NCBI RefSeq assembly: GCF_006345805.1
Contig: NC_043002.1
Coordinates: 89,218,001-89,282,000 of the forward strand
Direction of reading: 5' to 3'
DNA: 64,000 nt
From: Octopus sinensis
Taxonomy: Eukaryota
The notes below the pieces were generated by a model that was not told the DNA's origin, searched no databases, and saw nothing but the letters and a program-made list of their open reading frames with translations. Positions 25,946 to 38,705 of this stretch are shown here, in pieces; position 1 is the stretch's first letter; every line of letters starts with the position of its first letter. A program made the translations under genes and the position numbers.

Positions 25946-26464
25946 ATTACATGGGAAAATGTGAGCATGAAAAGTAATATTCTTAAGATTATAAACCTGG
26001 AAAAGTACAGGATAAGTTATTACACCTGTAAAAGTAAAGGACAAGCTATTACTTCTAGTTAAGTAAAGAATAAGAAACTTTTTACTTAAAATATTGTTGC
26101 TAAAATTAAAATTTGACTATTAAAACTTATTTTGTTATAGTTTACAAATAACACTATACTTATTTAAGTAGAATTTTGGCTAATTTACTACCTTAAATAC
26201 AGAAAAAAGTGACTAATTAGACAAACTTACAAATTAGCTGAACAGTTTTGTACTATAAATTTAAAAGATGAGAACTGTAAAGAGTGATAAATCAGAAGAA
26301 CTGGCATTCTTTGCTGCAATATTTTAAAGTAAAAAGTTTCTTATTCTTTACTTTACTAGAATATATTGTCCTATACTTTTACAGGTGTAATAACTTGTCA
26401 TGTACTTTTCCAGGTTTATAATCATAAGAATATTACTTTTCATGCTCGCATTTTTCCATGTAAT
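25946..26464. repeat. Fold-back inverted repeat
   Basis: About 158-bp arms (25946-26105 and 26309-26464) around a spacer of about 200 bp. Confidence 0.88.
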
Positions 26465-28721
26465 ATGTGGGAGAAACTACTGCTTTTAGTCTTAACTGAG
26501 TTTGATATAGCAAAAATAAATAAGCAAAATTATATTTATTATTAATAATGTACACAGAATATAATATCAAAGAAAGAGTAATTTTAAAATTATCTTACAG
26601 AGTATAAGGAATTAAAAAATTAAAACAGCAGCTTAAGGTGTAACAATTAAAACAATGTCATGATGCTCAAGCTATAGCCTCATTAATTAACAACCAATAA
26701 CTAAGTGCATTGCTGACTACAAACCTACAAGTAGTTGGCTAAAGCTAAGCTAAATTTGTCATTCCATCCAGTTTAGATAAATATCAATGGTAAGAGCTAA
26801 AGAGTAATAATTTAAAGTACAATTCAGCAAGGAGATAATCTCTCTGAGATTATTAATTGTGTAATAGCATCACCACCAACAGCAGCAACAATATTAATCC
26901 TTTCTACTACAGGTACAAAACCTGAAATTTTTTAGGGAAGAGGGCAAATCAACTTCCAAAAAGATGAAAGGCAAAGTCAACCCTGGCAGAATTTGAACTC
27001 AGAAAACAAAGACAGATGAAATGACACTAATCAATTTGTCTGGCATGCTAATGATTCTGCCACCTTAATAATGATGACGATGATTTATTTGCCACAAGAG
27101 TAAAAGATGATTGGGACAATACAAAGACAGACATAAAGTCTGGGTGTTTAAATATAATGAAATGATAAAAAAAAGGGAAAGAAAGAAAGTGTATACTGAA
27201 AAAGAAGTGATATATGCATAGCATACAAAGATTTTTAAAAAATGGTTTCTAATTTAGGTACAAGACCAACAATTTCAAGGTGTGAGAATTAGTTAACCCC
27301 AATACTTGGTACTTTATTTTATTGACCCCAAAAAGAGGAAAGGCAAAGTTGACTTCAGCAGGATTTCAACTCAGAACAAATATTGCAAAAAAAAAAAAAA
27401 CCCCCAAATTTCTAACAATTCTCCCAGTCCACTGCCAAGATAGAGTGGACCACTGGATTAATCAGACAAACATAAATATGATATAATACAATAGGATATA
27501 TATATAATTTAAGAGGATATATAATATATATATATAATACTCAAGAAAGTCCATACTCTGCAGAAGTGTTAAGACTAGTCTTTCTGGTGGTACAAGGCAC
27601 TCGTGGCATCGCCACGTAAAAGTGCCTGTGAGGTGCCATGTAGTTCCACATAAAAGTGCCTGTCTAGTGCCGTATAAAAGTGCCTATGCAGTGCCATGCA
27701 AAAACACCCAGTACACTCCGTAAAGTGGTTGGCATTAGGAAGGGCATCCAGCTATAGAAATCATGCCAAATCAGACTGGAGTCTGACACAGCTCTTCAGC
27801 TTGCCAGCTCTGTCAAACCATCCAACTCACACCAGCATGCACAACAGATGTTAAATGATGATGATGCTAATCTAAAATAATATAAGGAAGAACATTTATG
27901 CCAACAAATAAGAACCAAGCTGATCCTTAAATCACTTCAAGTAATATATGATCAGCTTATTTAATATGAATTAGTAAAATTGTAAAAATAATTAAAGTCA
28001 GGATATCAGCTGAAAATAAAATGTTAGAAGTCTTTCAGTAAAAACATACTGTTGGTTACTTTTATTTTCATTTTCACTTTCATAAGAGAAAATACAAGCA
28101 ACAGCCTTCATGTAAAACTGCATCACTTTAGAACAAGCATGGACAACCAGCAGCTATTTATGTGTTTCTGTGTGGCACATGTAATGTCAACATAATTATC
28201 ACCAACATCATTTTATGTCTGCTTTTTATGCTGACATGGGGTGAATGGGTCATCACAGTCTAAGTCAGTTCTTATTCAGAGTTACCTGCCCTTCTTGAAG
28301 GTTTAGAGGACTGAATCTTAATTCATTTCACTTTCGATTTTGTTTTCCTTGGCTGGAAACCCTTCCTATATCTAACAGAGTGTAGTGGGTGCATTTGAAT
28401 GTGGCATCAGAACAAAAGAGGTACTCATGTCCTTGACAAGACAAAACAGATCGTGTTTCATAAAAATTTTGAAACAAACTTTAGTTCCAACTCTGTTATA
28501 GTAAGCAATTCCTTCCTCACCAAGCTCTCTCATTCATTTACACTTTCTCTCAATCAAATTTTTATAGTTCATTTAATGAACACTGAAAATAAAATACTGA
28601 TTTCATTTTATTGCACACAAGACCATATTTTCAAAAGGTGAAAGGAATATAGTTAACTAGATGAACCTCATTGTTTTATCTGTACATTCTATATACGTGT
28701 GAGTGTGTGCACAGAGACATG

Positions 28722-29588
28722 CATGGTCTGATCAATAAGTATTTGGACTGTTGTCATAGTAAAGAAGCTAAAGCACAGAGTAAAGCCACTCGGTACAGAC
28801 TGACCTTGAACTTCACTATGCATGAGCACTAAGTTTTAACATTCTAGCTAACTTCTGCTGTTTAAAGCAGTGCTTAGAAAGAAGGTGTGTAACATGTGAT
28901 TGTCACATTGATCATGACAGAAAAAGTTGAGCTGAGAATCTGCATCAAATTTTGCCAAAAACTTGGTGGTATCTGCACAGAGACCTACGCAAAGTTTTCA
29001 AGCAGTTTTGATCCTTCTTGACACAATCAAGATCTTGTGCAACTGAAACCTGAGTGTCTTGTTGGTCAGCTGAAAGCAGTTTTTGGAACAAACTTAGCAG
29101 ACACACGTCTCATACTCAAATCTTCAGTGACTGAACCGTAACTAATCTGCACATCCTCAGGTAACGCATGGATGATGATTCCACGATTTCCCCTCACAGC
29201 TGCATGCACATCTGCAATGTTTTTCTCAGTTCTGCTGGTTGTGGGTCTCTCAGAACGTTTGTCAATATCAACATTTTTACAGCCATTTGTAAACATCTGA
29301 ACCACTCGTACTCTTGTGTGTGGCTCATACACTTTCTGCAACTTTGTGTAGGCCTCTGAGCAGGTATTGCCATGACAACTTTCTCTGTCATAGTCAATGC
29401 AATGATCATATGCTACACACCTTCCCTCCAAGTACTACTGTAAGCAGCAGAAGTGAGCTAGAACATTAAAATTTAGTGTGCATGCACAGCAGAGTTCAAG
29501 GTCAATTTTTGTCATATGGCTTCACTCTGCATGCTTTAGCTTCATTACTATGACAACAGTCTGGATTCTTATTGATCAGACTACTCAC
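28722..29588. mobile_element. Non-autonomous mariner derivative with long inverted ends
   Basis: Both ends begin GTCTGATCAATAAG...GACTGTTGTCATAGTAA; the minus-strand transposase remnant includes RPTTSRTEKNIADV...RRVSAKFVPK. Confidence 0.85.
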
Positions 29589-32500
29589 ATAAATTTTACA
29601 GTTACAATTATTTAAGTCAAATAGAAAGGAAAAAAATTTATGCCATTCTTTAACAATGTTAATAATCATTTCTAACATAGACAAAAGACCAGGGTATTTG
29701 CAAAGGGGAATTAGTTAATTATATAAATCCCACTACTTTATTTTTTAACCCAAGAAAAAAGAAAAGCAAGACTGACTACAACTGGATTTAGAATAAGAAC
29801 ACATCAAGAACCAGAACAAAATTTCTGCCAATCCAATAATAAAACATTTAATTTAATTTTACAATTTTGTAAGCAAATTGTTTCCAAATATTGCAATCAT
29901 GTTAAGAATTACAAATGACTGAGTTGGTTTGGTGCCAGCCAGTATACCGGAAGGTGAAAACTAGAAACAATAGATTGTCTTTCTTGAGAATTAGATGTTC
30001 TGTTGTGTTTTTTTTAAATATTTCAGGGTAAAAATCTCAATAGTCAAAGGTTGATAATAATGCATATCCCAGTTTGAAAGATGGTACACATGACACTGCA
30101 TGTTGAAGGAGTCAGTTAAAAGGTTGGCAACAAAAAGGGCATCTAGCCAAAAGACATTATTACCTCAGTAAAATGATCTCCCCTATATCAGTAGGAAAAA
30201 GTGGATGCAAAGTGCTGATGAATATCCAAAGGCAGAAAGTTTGCAAAGACAAGGCCCAAGCTCAGATATTACATGTGAACTAACAATCGCTGAAAGACAA
30301 AAGATAGTAACTTTCCATCCATAAAACATAACAAAGAAAACTGGTCAGAAAATACTTGGAATTTTTGCAACTCTATATAAAAGACATAAAGACAAAAAGC
30401 AGGAATAGGGGCTTCTGTAGGAACCAATGATGAAAAGGCAAAGACAATATTGGAGGAATACTGTTTTTGGATAAAAAGTTAAAGGAGGACATACTGAATA
30501 CGATGTTCAAAAAATATTTACATCAGTGAAACTTCCTTCTTAATTGAAGATAGAATATAAAAGCCTTGTGCCAGTTATTAGTAGCTCTCATAAGAGACAA
30601 TTCCAAGACATTAAGAACTAATCCCTCAAAGTTAATATACATGTTTGTGGGCTCAATTTTAGGATTGTTTACAACCAAGGGGGCAAACAACTGTGTACAT
30701 ATTTCAATTCATTAAACCTCATCAGTATAGTATATTTTGGCCAGTATTATTTGCAAAATTGAATAATAAAGTTTACTAAAGGAAATAATTCAAATTGGCC
30801 AATATATTGGCCAGTATGCCATATACAAAAATTTCTTAGTTGAAATTTTCCTCTTGATCAGCGAAAGAAAACTTAATTTAAGTGAGTAGATTTCCTTTCA
30901 GACATGAAAGTGTAGCAACTGGTAGATATGAACAAAGGGAGATAAGAAGTGTGAGTAAAGAATGGGGGTCCCACAGATTTAATAAGTGGAGCTGAAAGAA
31001 GGTGAGCTATCAAATGTGGTAGCTTTGTCGGTAGGATTATTGCTTATAAAGCTGTTTCGGTTAAATAGTAGCAAAGAGAAAGATTCACCTGAGCTAAAGA
31101 AAAGTTATTTGGCAATTTTCCAGCATATACAGTGACAACTATCAAGAACCGAAAGCTTGAAGGCCGTATGTCACATAAATGCATCTTTTGCTCTCTGGAT
31201 TCATTTCTATAAATTGTTTGTATTTGCGCGCTTGGCTCAAGAATGAGACATTTTGTCTTCTCGTGTAACCAGTTTAAAATTGCTGAAGAAACCTATCAAT
31301 TAGGTTGTTTGAATGTTCAGAATTTATAGACTGAGTACTATCATAGTGTTTATTGATAGAAAGGCAATGATGATGAAGTACCCAGAGAGTCGTGAGGGGT
31401 AACTGCGTAATGCCTGGACCGAAAATGGTTTCGAAGGTTAGGAAAGTACGAAGAGCATATACGAAATCTGTAAGTTGATCAGGGATATGAATTTGGGAAA
31501 CTGACTGGTGTAGACTGCGTAAAATGTAAAAAACTGCAATCACTGCATCATCTGGGTTAGTGTGAAGCAAGTCAGAAAGCAAAGATAGTCGGAGATAGTG
31601 AAAATTGCAAGACATGACAATTTCATAGTTAAAGTGGGTGTTTCGTTGCAAGGGCAAATGATTCAAATAATTATTGGTTATTGGCTAAGTATAGAAAAGC
31701 AGCAAAAATAGCAGCTGGTCTTAAGAGTGTTAGACAACGTGACTTAATGTCAGATTAACTGCAGATGTTGACAACGAAGTGAACGATAGGTTACTAGAAA
31801 CATTTATAAGCAGCTAAGATGGTACAACTATAGATGATCAATTTGTCTAGGGACCAGAACTACCTTTAGCATATTCAACATCATTTCATAATAATTGCTA
31901 ATATTTCCGTTTCACACCTATTAAAATGCTCTCTAAAAGTTAGAAGACCATACATATATTTTTTAGATAAGATTTAATATTAGAGAAAATTGTGAAGTTC
32001 GCGGATAGCATTTTCTTTCAAATAAATAGATTAAACGTTGAAAACAGTAAAATGAATACAACATTCCAGGATTAATATATAAAAAGATCAAAATAGGATC
32101 TGCGTCTGAATTAGTAAACAGGTAGGTCTGAAAAAAGAAAATGACCGTTAATATACAAAACTATTTTTACGTGTATTCCACATCGTAACATAACACATTC
32201 GTTGCTATTTATTGCACTTGCTAATATTGCGACTGATGATACAAGTTTTGTTATCCATTTTACATCATCAGCATCAATACTTGGTGACGCATTAAAAATA
32301 AATATAAGGTGTTTAATATTTGAAACGATATCAACAGTATGAGAACGAAATGAAAGTAAATTAATAAATTGCAAAATAATACTGTCATTTAATTAAATAT
32401 GCACACACTGAGTATGTATGTATGTATGTATGTATGTATATATATATATATACACACACACATATCTGTTGGATGTGAGGGAATGCAAGTCTGTTATGCA

Positions 32501-32750
32501 TTTGTAAACTATCGGATATTTATAAAGACAGAATAAAAAGATAGCTCTACAATAAAATCATAGTGGTCTAGTAATGATGAAATTTCAAAGCGATTCACAT
32601 AAATAGATCACAATCGTGAAATTAAAACAACTGGTATAAAGTGACAAGTTTAGAGAAGGTAAATATTCGAATCTAGGACCGAAACTCTGCAACAGGGCCA
32701 ATGCCCTCAGATTCTACGTAAATTAAAATATTTAAATAGTCTACACTTAC

Positions 32751-32805
32751 GATAGAGATTTTCAACAAGATGCGAATTAGTATTCCCACTAGATCGCCAA
32801 GCCAT
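32751..32805 (-). CDS. PCMT1: Protein-L-isoaspartate(D-aspartate) O-methyltransferase, coding exon 1
   Basis: ATG at 32805 in strong context (AGCATGG); encodes MAWRSSGNTNSHLVENLY plus 1 nt (55 nt), matching the PIMT N-terminus MAWKSGG; GTAAGT donor follows. Confidence 0.93.
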
Positions 32806-34841
32806 GCTGGATAAATGTTTTGGAAACACTAAAAAGGCTACAGCGACCTTCAATCCGCAACTTAGCAGAGTTTTCGCAACGTCTCGACGAAAGTGAATGT
32901 GACAGGGAAGTGGTGTCATTGGCGCATCAAACTGGGCTTATTAAAAACACGGAATTAACTTGACGAAACGTAGTAGAAAAGTAAAACAAGTTTTCTGCTT
33001 TTAACTTATCGCTGACTTGTATATAAATAATTTTTGCTTGGTGGTTTTTGTTTTAATTTCAGAGACATGTACGTTTCTTCTGCTATTTTTTTTTTTACTT
33101 CTTCTTTAATTAAATAAGTGTGTTATTTTCATCGTAAATCTAACTTATTCTGTTAATTATAAAGTCATTGCACAGAAGATGTCACCAATTCCAAAATAAA
33201 TGCAGAATTTTTTTTAATTATGTGCTTTTGTTTCTTTGTGTGTGCGTGTTTGTTTCTTTTTTTTTAACAATAAAAGGGTAAAATGAAAAATAAAAATTCA
33301 GAGATATTAAACTAAATGATAAACTTCTATTTTCCTTCCACGGTATTAAAACATCGTGTATGTTTGGTCAATCCAGCTCCCTGCGTGAAACCGGTGCTAA
33401 GTTATTTCTCCCGGGTTTTCTGACTCCTTGGGTCAAACCGGTATCATAAGTAAATTTACAACGTTATTAAATGTTCCAGAAGTTTCGTCTTAGAAGTCAA
33501 TGTAAATTTCTTCTCTTTCCCTCTTCTGTCGTCCTTCCATCCTCCCCTTCCTCGTTGTAGCCTCATTATGTTGACACATCATGTGTGATGCGTTCCTTAT
33601 TGTCGTCACCTAAGACGAAAACTTCGTCGTTGTGTGGACTTGAGGTATTTTACCCTTGTCCTTTTTAGTGTCCAAAGCTAATATCAATCGTACTCCACAT
33701 TTTTTTTTACCCCTGCCTACATTATACCAACAGGACAAACAGTTTGATGTTATATCTTCCCATTAGTCTATTTTTCAAACGGAGGTCCATTCTGCACACA
33801 TCCCTAACATCTCAAGTGGGGACGGTCTATAGAACGCAATTCGCACTTAAGCTAGCCATAACTGTTACTCCTTAAGGATGTCACTTCCGTCTATGCCGTG
33901 CCTGTCACCAGGCTATCGTGGGCATTTCACCAAGCTATTGATTCTTACTAAACATTGCGAATATGGTTTAGATCCTGTTCTGCCAAGGACCTGAATCCGT
34001 GAATTTGTCTACAAGATTTTGCTAAGAATCTCATGTGATAGACATTTAACTCCTGTCTAGTATATGTCATCTATATTTCGCAAATAGTATAGGAAAGTGT
34101 TGAAGATGCAAGCTTGATAAACCTTCAATATGATGAATATTTTTTTTTTTTAGTTCTCCTTGACTCCAGGTAAATTTAGTCATTTAGTCATCTCAGTAGA
34201 GAAGTTTAATTCGTGCATTGAACTTATAAAACAACATCCATTTTGAGAATGTCATTAACATTATAGACTAATGTATGGATTTTGACTCAGATGTTTAAGC
34301 CTCTTTTTTGAAGGTAAAAAAAAAGAAGAAAGAAAACTACATGAGAAAGCGTCATAAGAACTGAAAGCATATTGAGTAGGGACACAATGAGCAAGATTTA
34401 CTGCATTTTTGACCTTGAGAATATATTTTTAACAAATGCTCACAACTTTACAGAAGCTATATCAGCGAAGCAACTGACATTTTCTGAAAGCATTAAAACC
34501 ACTATAACATAATCAAAACATTATTACAGAAATTATCTCCATTCTCTTTGAGCATAAAAGATACAAATTTAGCTGGGGCAAAATGAGTAAGACAAAATAA
34601 GGTAAATTTTTCTCTTTAGTTTTTCCAGAATTACATTTGAGAAAAGACTCATACACATCAATATCCATTCTCAGACATCAGAAATGCAACAAAACTTTAG
34701 CATGCCTTGGGCAAACTGAAAGAGGCTCGTGGAAAAAATTACACATGATATGAAAGTAACGAAACTCGATTATATCTTAAAACTCAGCAAAAAATATCCT
34801 CTATAACTTTTTCACGATCTGCTGGAGTGGCTCTCTTCATG

Positions 34842-35560
34842 ATACGAGGTGGGATTAAAACGTTTCCAGACAAGTTCTACAGCGCGCCAACAGATGGCAG
34901 CACACGGCTGCGTGTGCAATGAGAACTAGCAGTGATCTTCATGAGGTAGTATGCCGAGTGACATCGCTGAGTTTATTTCGCAAGTTGTGAAATTTGTGTC
35001 ATTCTGATCGCGTGTATGCTGTAGTATGCGATTTTGTTATGGACAGGAAGTTGGAACAAAGATCCAACGTGAAATTTTGTTATAATCTTGGAAGGTTTGC
35101 TACAGAGACATTGAGCATGCTTCGGCAAGCTAACGGCGATGAGGCAATGAGTAATGCGGAATGTTTCGAATGGCACGGGCGCTTCAAAAGCGGAAGAATG
35201 CTCATAGAAGACGATGAACGATCTGAAAATGTGGTATTGTACATCTAAAATTTGTCTCCCAGGACCAGACCGTCAATCGAGAGTTCTATTGCGACATTTT
35301 GAAACGTTTGAGGGAGGACATCTGGCGAAAACAACCGAATCTGGGGAGCGCGAAGAATTGGATTCTTTACGACAACAATGCACCCTGTCGCCGAGCTCTC
35401 CCAACTCGTGAGTTTCTCACCAAAAACAACATGGTATTGCTTCTGTACCCACCCTATTCCCGGACCTCCATCTTTTCCCAAAGATGAAACTACAGCTCAA
35501 AGGTCGTCGTTTTAACACCGTTGTCGAGATCCGGAACGAATCGCAGAAGGTCCTCGACTG
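34842..35560 (+). mobile_element. Internally deleted mariner element
   Basis: TACGAGG-type left end; MDRKLEQRSNVKFCYNLG...CFEWHGRFKSGR HTH fused by deletion to QTVNREFYCDILKRLRE...DNNAP...PPYS (decayed YSPDL region). Confidence 0.85.
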
Positions 35561-36551
35561 GATTACGGTAAACCGGTAAACTTTTCCTTCTGGCGCTTAT
35601 ACGTATTTATCCCTTTTCATATTTATTGTATCGACCGTACGATGTACTAAAGGAGCGATTCTCGTCACCTCTCCTTCGCACGGTCGTTTACATGAGCTTC
35701 CAAGATTGCCTATGTAAATTGTACGTGTCACATCACCAACAAACATAACTCGAGTTTTAAAATTCTTTAATTTGTAATGTCACTTTTGTAGATGTGGTTT
35801 AAAACAGTGTCAGTAGTCTTTGAACTGTAAAGAGATTATCATTTAAAATTACATCTTCAACAAAAGCTAATACAGGAAGTTTATCGTCCTTCTGACGTTG
35901 TATCCAACTTGTAATGCTTCGCAAACTATTTTAACTATCGCCCCTTTCCCTGTTGCTAATACTTTTTCAATGCCCATTTGCAACGATTCAACTCCCTCGT
36001 AATTTTTAATGTACATACACGTAATACCAAGTTAGAGTAAATTAGATTCAGGTACTAGTTTGGTGCAGGTTGTACGGAAAGAAACAATGGAGTCTGTTGG
36101 GATTTTAATAAACAACAATTTATTCTTTTCGTACACAAGAAATAACAGTTGTCGTTATGAGTGACAAAACGCCTTTGGTATCGTTCGTCCTCTGATCGTT
36201 TATTGACTTTGTGTTGTTAGCTGTTGTCCGCCGTTTCTGTTGGTCAACTCCTACAGTGTCTGTCAATGCTTTTCTCTGCTGCATACCAAAGCTTTCTGTC
36301 TAGTGTTCATGACGTACTGAATTTATACTAGTCGATAGGGCCAGAATGAAGCGTGCCAAAAGAAGAAAATATATTTCTTTACTGCCCACAAGGGGCTAAA
36401 AATTCATCTCCCAGGACCAGACCGTCAATCGAGAGTTCTATTGCGACATTTTGAAACGTTTGAGGGAGGACATCTGGCGAAAACAACCGAATCTGGGGAG
36501 CGCGAAGAATTGGATTCTTTACGACAACAATGCACCCTGTCGCCGAGCTCT

Positions 36552-36777
36552 TTACTACCCACAAGGGGCTAAACACAGAGAGGACAAACAAGGACAGACA
36601 AAGGGATTAAGTCGATTACATCGACCCCAGTTGGAAACTGGTACTTTATTTATCGACCCCGAAAGGATGAAAGGCAAAGTCGACCTCGGCGGAATTTGAA
36701 CTCAGAACGTAACGACAGACGAAATACGGCTACGCATTTCGCCCGGCGTGCTAACGTTTTTGCCAGCTCGCCGCCTT
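36552..36777 (-). mobile_element. SINE family A, full-length copy
   Basis: Reverse complement of the family A sequence from the AAGGCGGCG head to the GTAGTAAAG tail; part of a compound insertion. Confidence 0.9.
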
Positions 36778-36788
36778 AAAGAAAGACG

Positions 36789-36832
36789 TTCCCATGCCGG
36801 GAATCGAACCCGGGCCGCCTGGGTGAAAGCCA
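36789..36832 (-). pseudogene. 5'-truncated tRNA-Glu(TTC) fragment (anticodon arm to acceptor 3' strand)
   Basis: Minus strand reads TGGCTTTCACCCAGGCGGCCCGGGTTCGATTCCCGGCATGGGAA, followed by a T-rich trailer CGTCTTTCTTT; the D-arm and 5' acceptor strand are absent. Confidence 0.85.
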
Positions 36833-38361
36833 AATAAAGTCATTGTTGAAGCCTATTCGACGCGAAGTCGTGATTGGTCAGATTTCGTTGATCACGAATT
36901 GTGATATTGGTTGAGTGGGGAATATTCCCGCACCATAACTCCCCTGTCAGTGAAATTCTCGGATACGATAAATTGAGCGAAATAATAAGTGCAGCAAATG
37001 CAGATGTGAAGTGTATACAATAAGAAAAGATGAATACAAGACTAAAAATGTTAGTTAAATTGCTGAGTACTATCAGATGTTTTCGTGGAAAACGCTGTCT
37101 TGTGCATGAAGACCTGTACAAGCTTATGTTGAAGAAGTTCGCAAAACCAGGAATGTGAAAAATAAAAACAAAACAAAAATAAATGTGTAAGGTCAGTGTA
37201 ATATTGACAGAATCCTTTTTTCTTTTTTAACGTACGGTACTGCACAAGCCGAGAAGGCCAGTACACTCGCCGACCCGATCGCGTTATCATCAACGAAACA
37301 GACGTGGGGGTATTAGTTGAAGAATGTGTTGGTAGTATGGAGTTGATATTTCAAACTCAAGGTGAGCCTTTTTTAGGCGGTCGATGCTGACCGGGTCTTT
37401 TCTATCCAGGACAAAATACTTTGGAGCTCTGCTGAGAACTTTGCCGATAGTTGTTGTTGACAAACAACGGCAGTAATTTTATTGAGCTGAATACACGTCA
37501 TTGATTGGTTGAATCTACCGAAATACGACAACTTTAACACGAAATAACTTCGTAAATATAAACTTTTCTCAAAAACGTTAAGAGTAAAAGATATTTTATA
37601 TGACATATTCTACCAGTATACGAAGTTTGAAAGTGTTTAGTTACAGAAAATTATTTTCTAAATCTGCCGATCAAAAGGTAAAGATCCCAGATTCGTATTC
37701 CCCGTAGCCGAAAAGTGTGGGGTTGTATGGGGAAAAAATGTTTTTTAAGGGTAGTTTGGCGGCGGGGGGGGAGTCTTGCCCCTACTACCACCACCAGTTA
37801 CGCTAGTGCTAAGAATGGATATTGGTGGGTATGAGTCTTTTGTCAAATGTAATTCTGGAAAATTGAAGAGACAAATGTACCTTATCTTGGCTAACACATT
37901 TTGCCCCAACTAAACTTTGTCTTTTTTTATGCTCGAAGAGAACGGTGATAATTTTCTGACATAGTGTTCAGATTATCTTCTTATGTTTCTAATGCAGTTA
38001 GAGCAGATCATTTGCTTAGCTGATATAGGTTTTGTGTGGTTGTGAACATTTGTAAAAAAAAGAAAAGTACATTTTTTCTCAAAGTCAAGTAAGTAATAAA
38101 AACTCCCCGCCTTAATTAATTTCTGGAATGCGAAGAAAGGCGCGATAGTAAGAAGTGCTTGACGAAAATTGAGAGCGAGAGAAAAGATACATATGATCAA
38201 GATATCTTATCGTATATCACAAATAGGGCAGCTACAGAATTACCTGTACCTTCGAAATCCTGATAACTGAAATTTACAGAGCTAGCTTAAACGATACGGT
38301 CGATACTTCAACCTAGAAAGTAACAAGTAACTCTATAACCAGTATATAACACGAAAAGAAA

Positions 38362-38705
38362 ATGACAGAACCGATGAATAAGAAGCAAATTTCTGAAAAT
38401 CAAACTATAGATAGTAACACCAAAATTACAACTACTGAAATGCACACTGCAGGGGAACCCCTAAGGATTATAGAAACTGGTTTTCCACCAGTGGAAGGGG
38501 AAAACATTTTAGATAAAATGAAATATGCTAAACGGCATCTTGACGCTTACCGAAAGTTTTTAATGTATGAACCTCGAGGACATTTTGATATGTACGGTGC
38601 CATTTTGGTCAAACCTAACGTTCCCTCGGCCGATATTGGAGTTTTGTTTATGCACAATGAAGGTTTCAGTACAATGTGTGGACATGCGGTGATTGCATTA
38701 GGAAG
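38362..38705 (+). CDS. L3HYPDH: Trans-L-3-hydroxyproline dehydratase (proline racemase family), exon 1
   Basis: MTEPM...EMHTAGEPLRII...MYEPRGHFDMYGAIL...FMHNEGFSTMCGHAVIALG; catalytic MCGH motif; AG|GTAAG donor; 344 nt. Confidence 0.93.

Noticed and set aside
30270-30520. Possible Tc1 transposase N-terminus (ELTIAERQKIVTFH)
   Set aside because: Too short and decayed; no TIRs or catalytic motifs found.
31274-31666. 130-aa ORF on the minus strand
   Set aside because: No recognisable domain or splice signals; lies in PCMT1 intron 1 and is probably chance or a decayed repeat.
33846-33875. CTTAAGCTAGCCA resembling the 28S rRNA R2 target CTTAAGGTAGCCA
   Set aside because: Only about 12 nt match and the flanks are not rRNA-like; compatible with chance.
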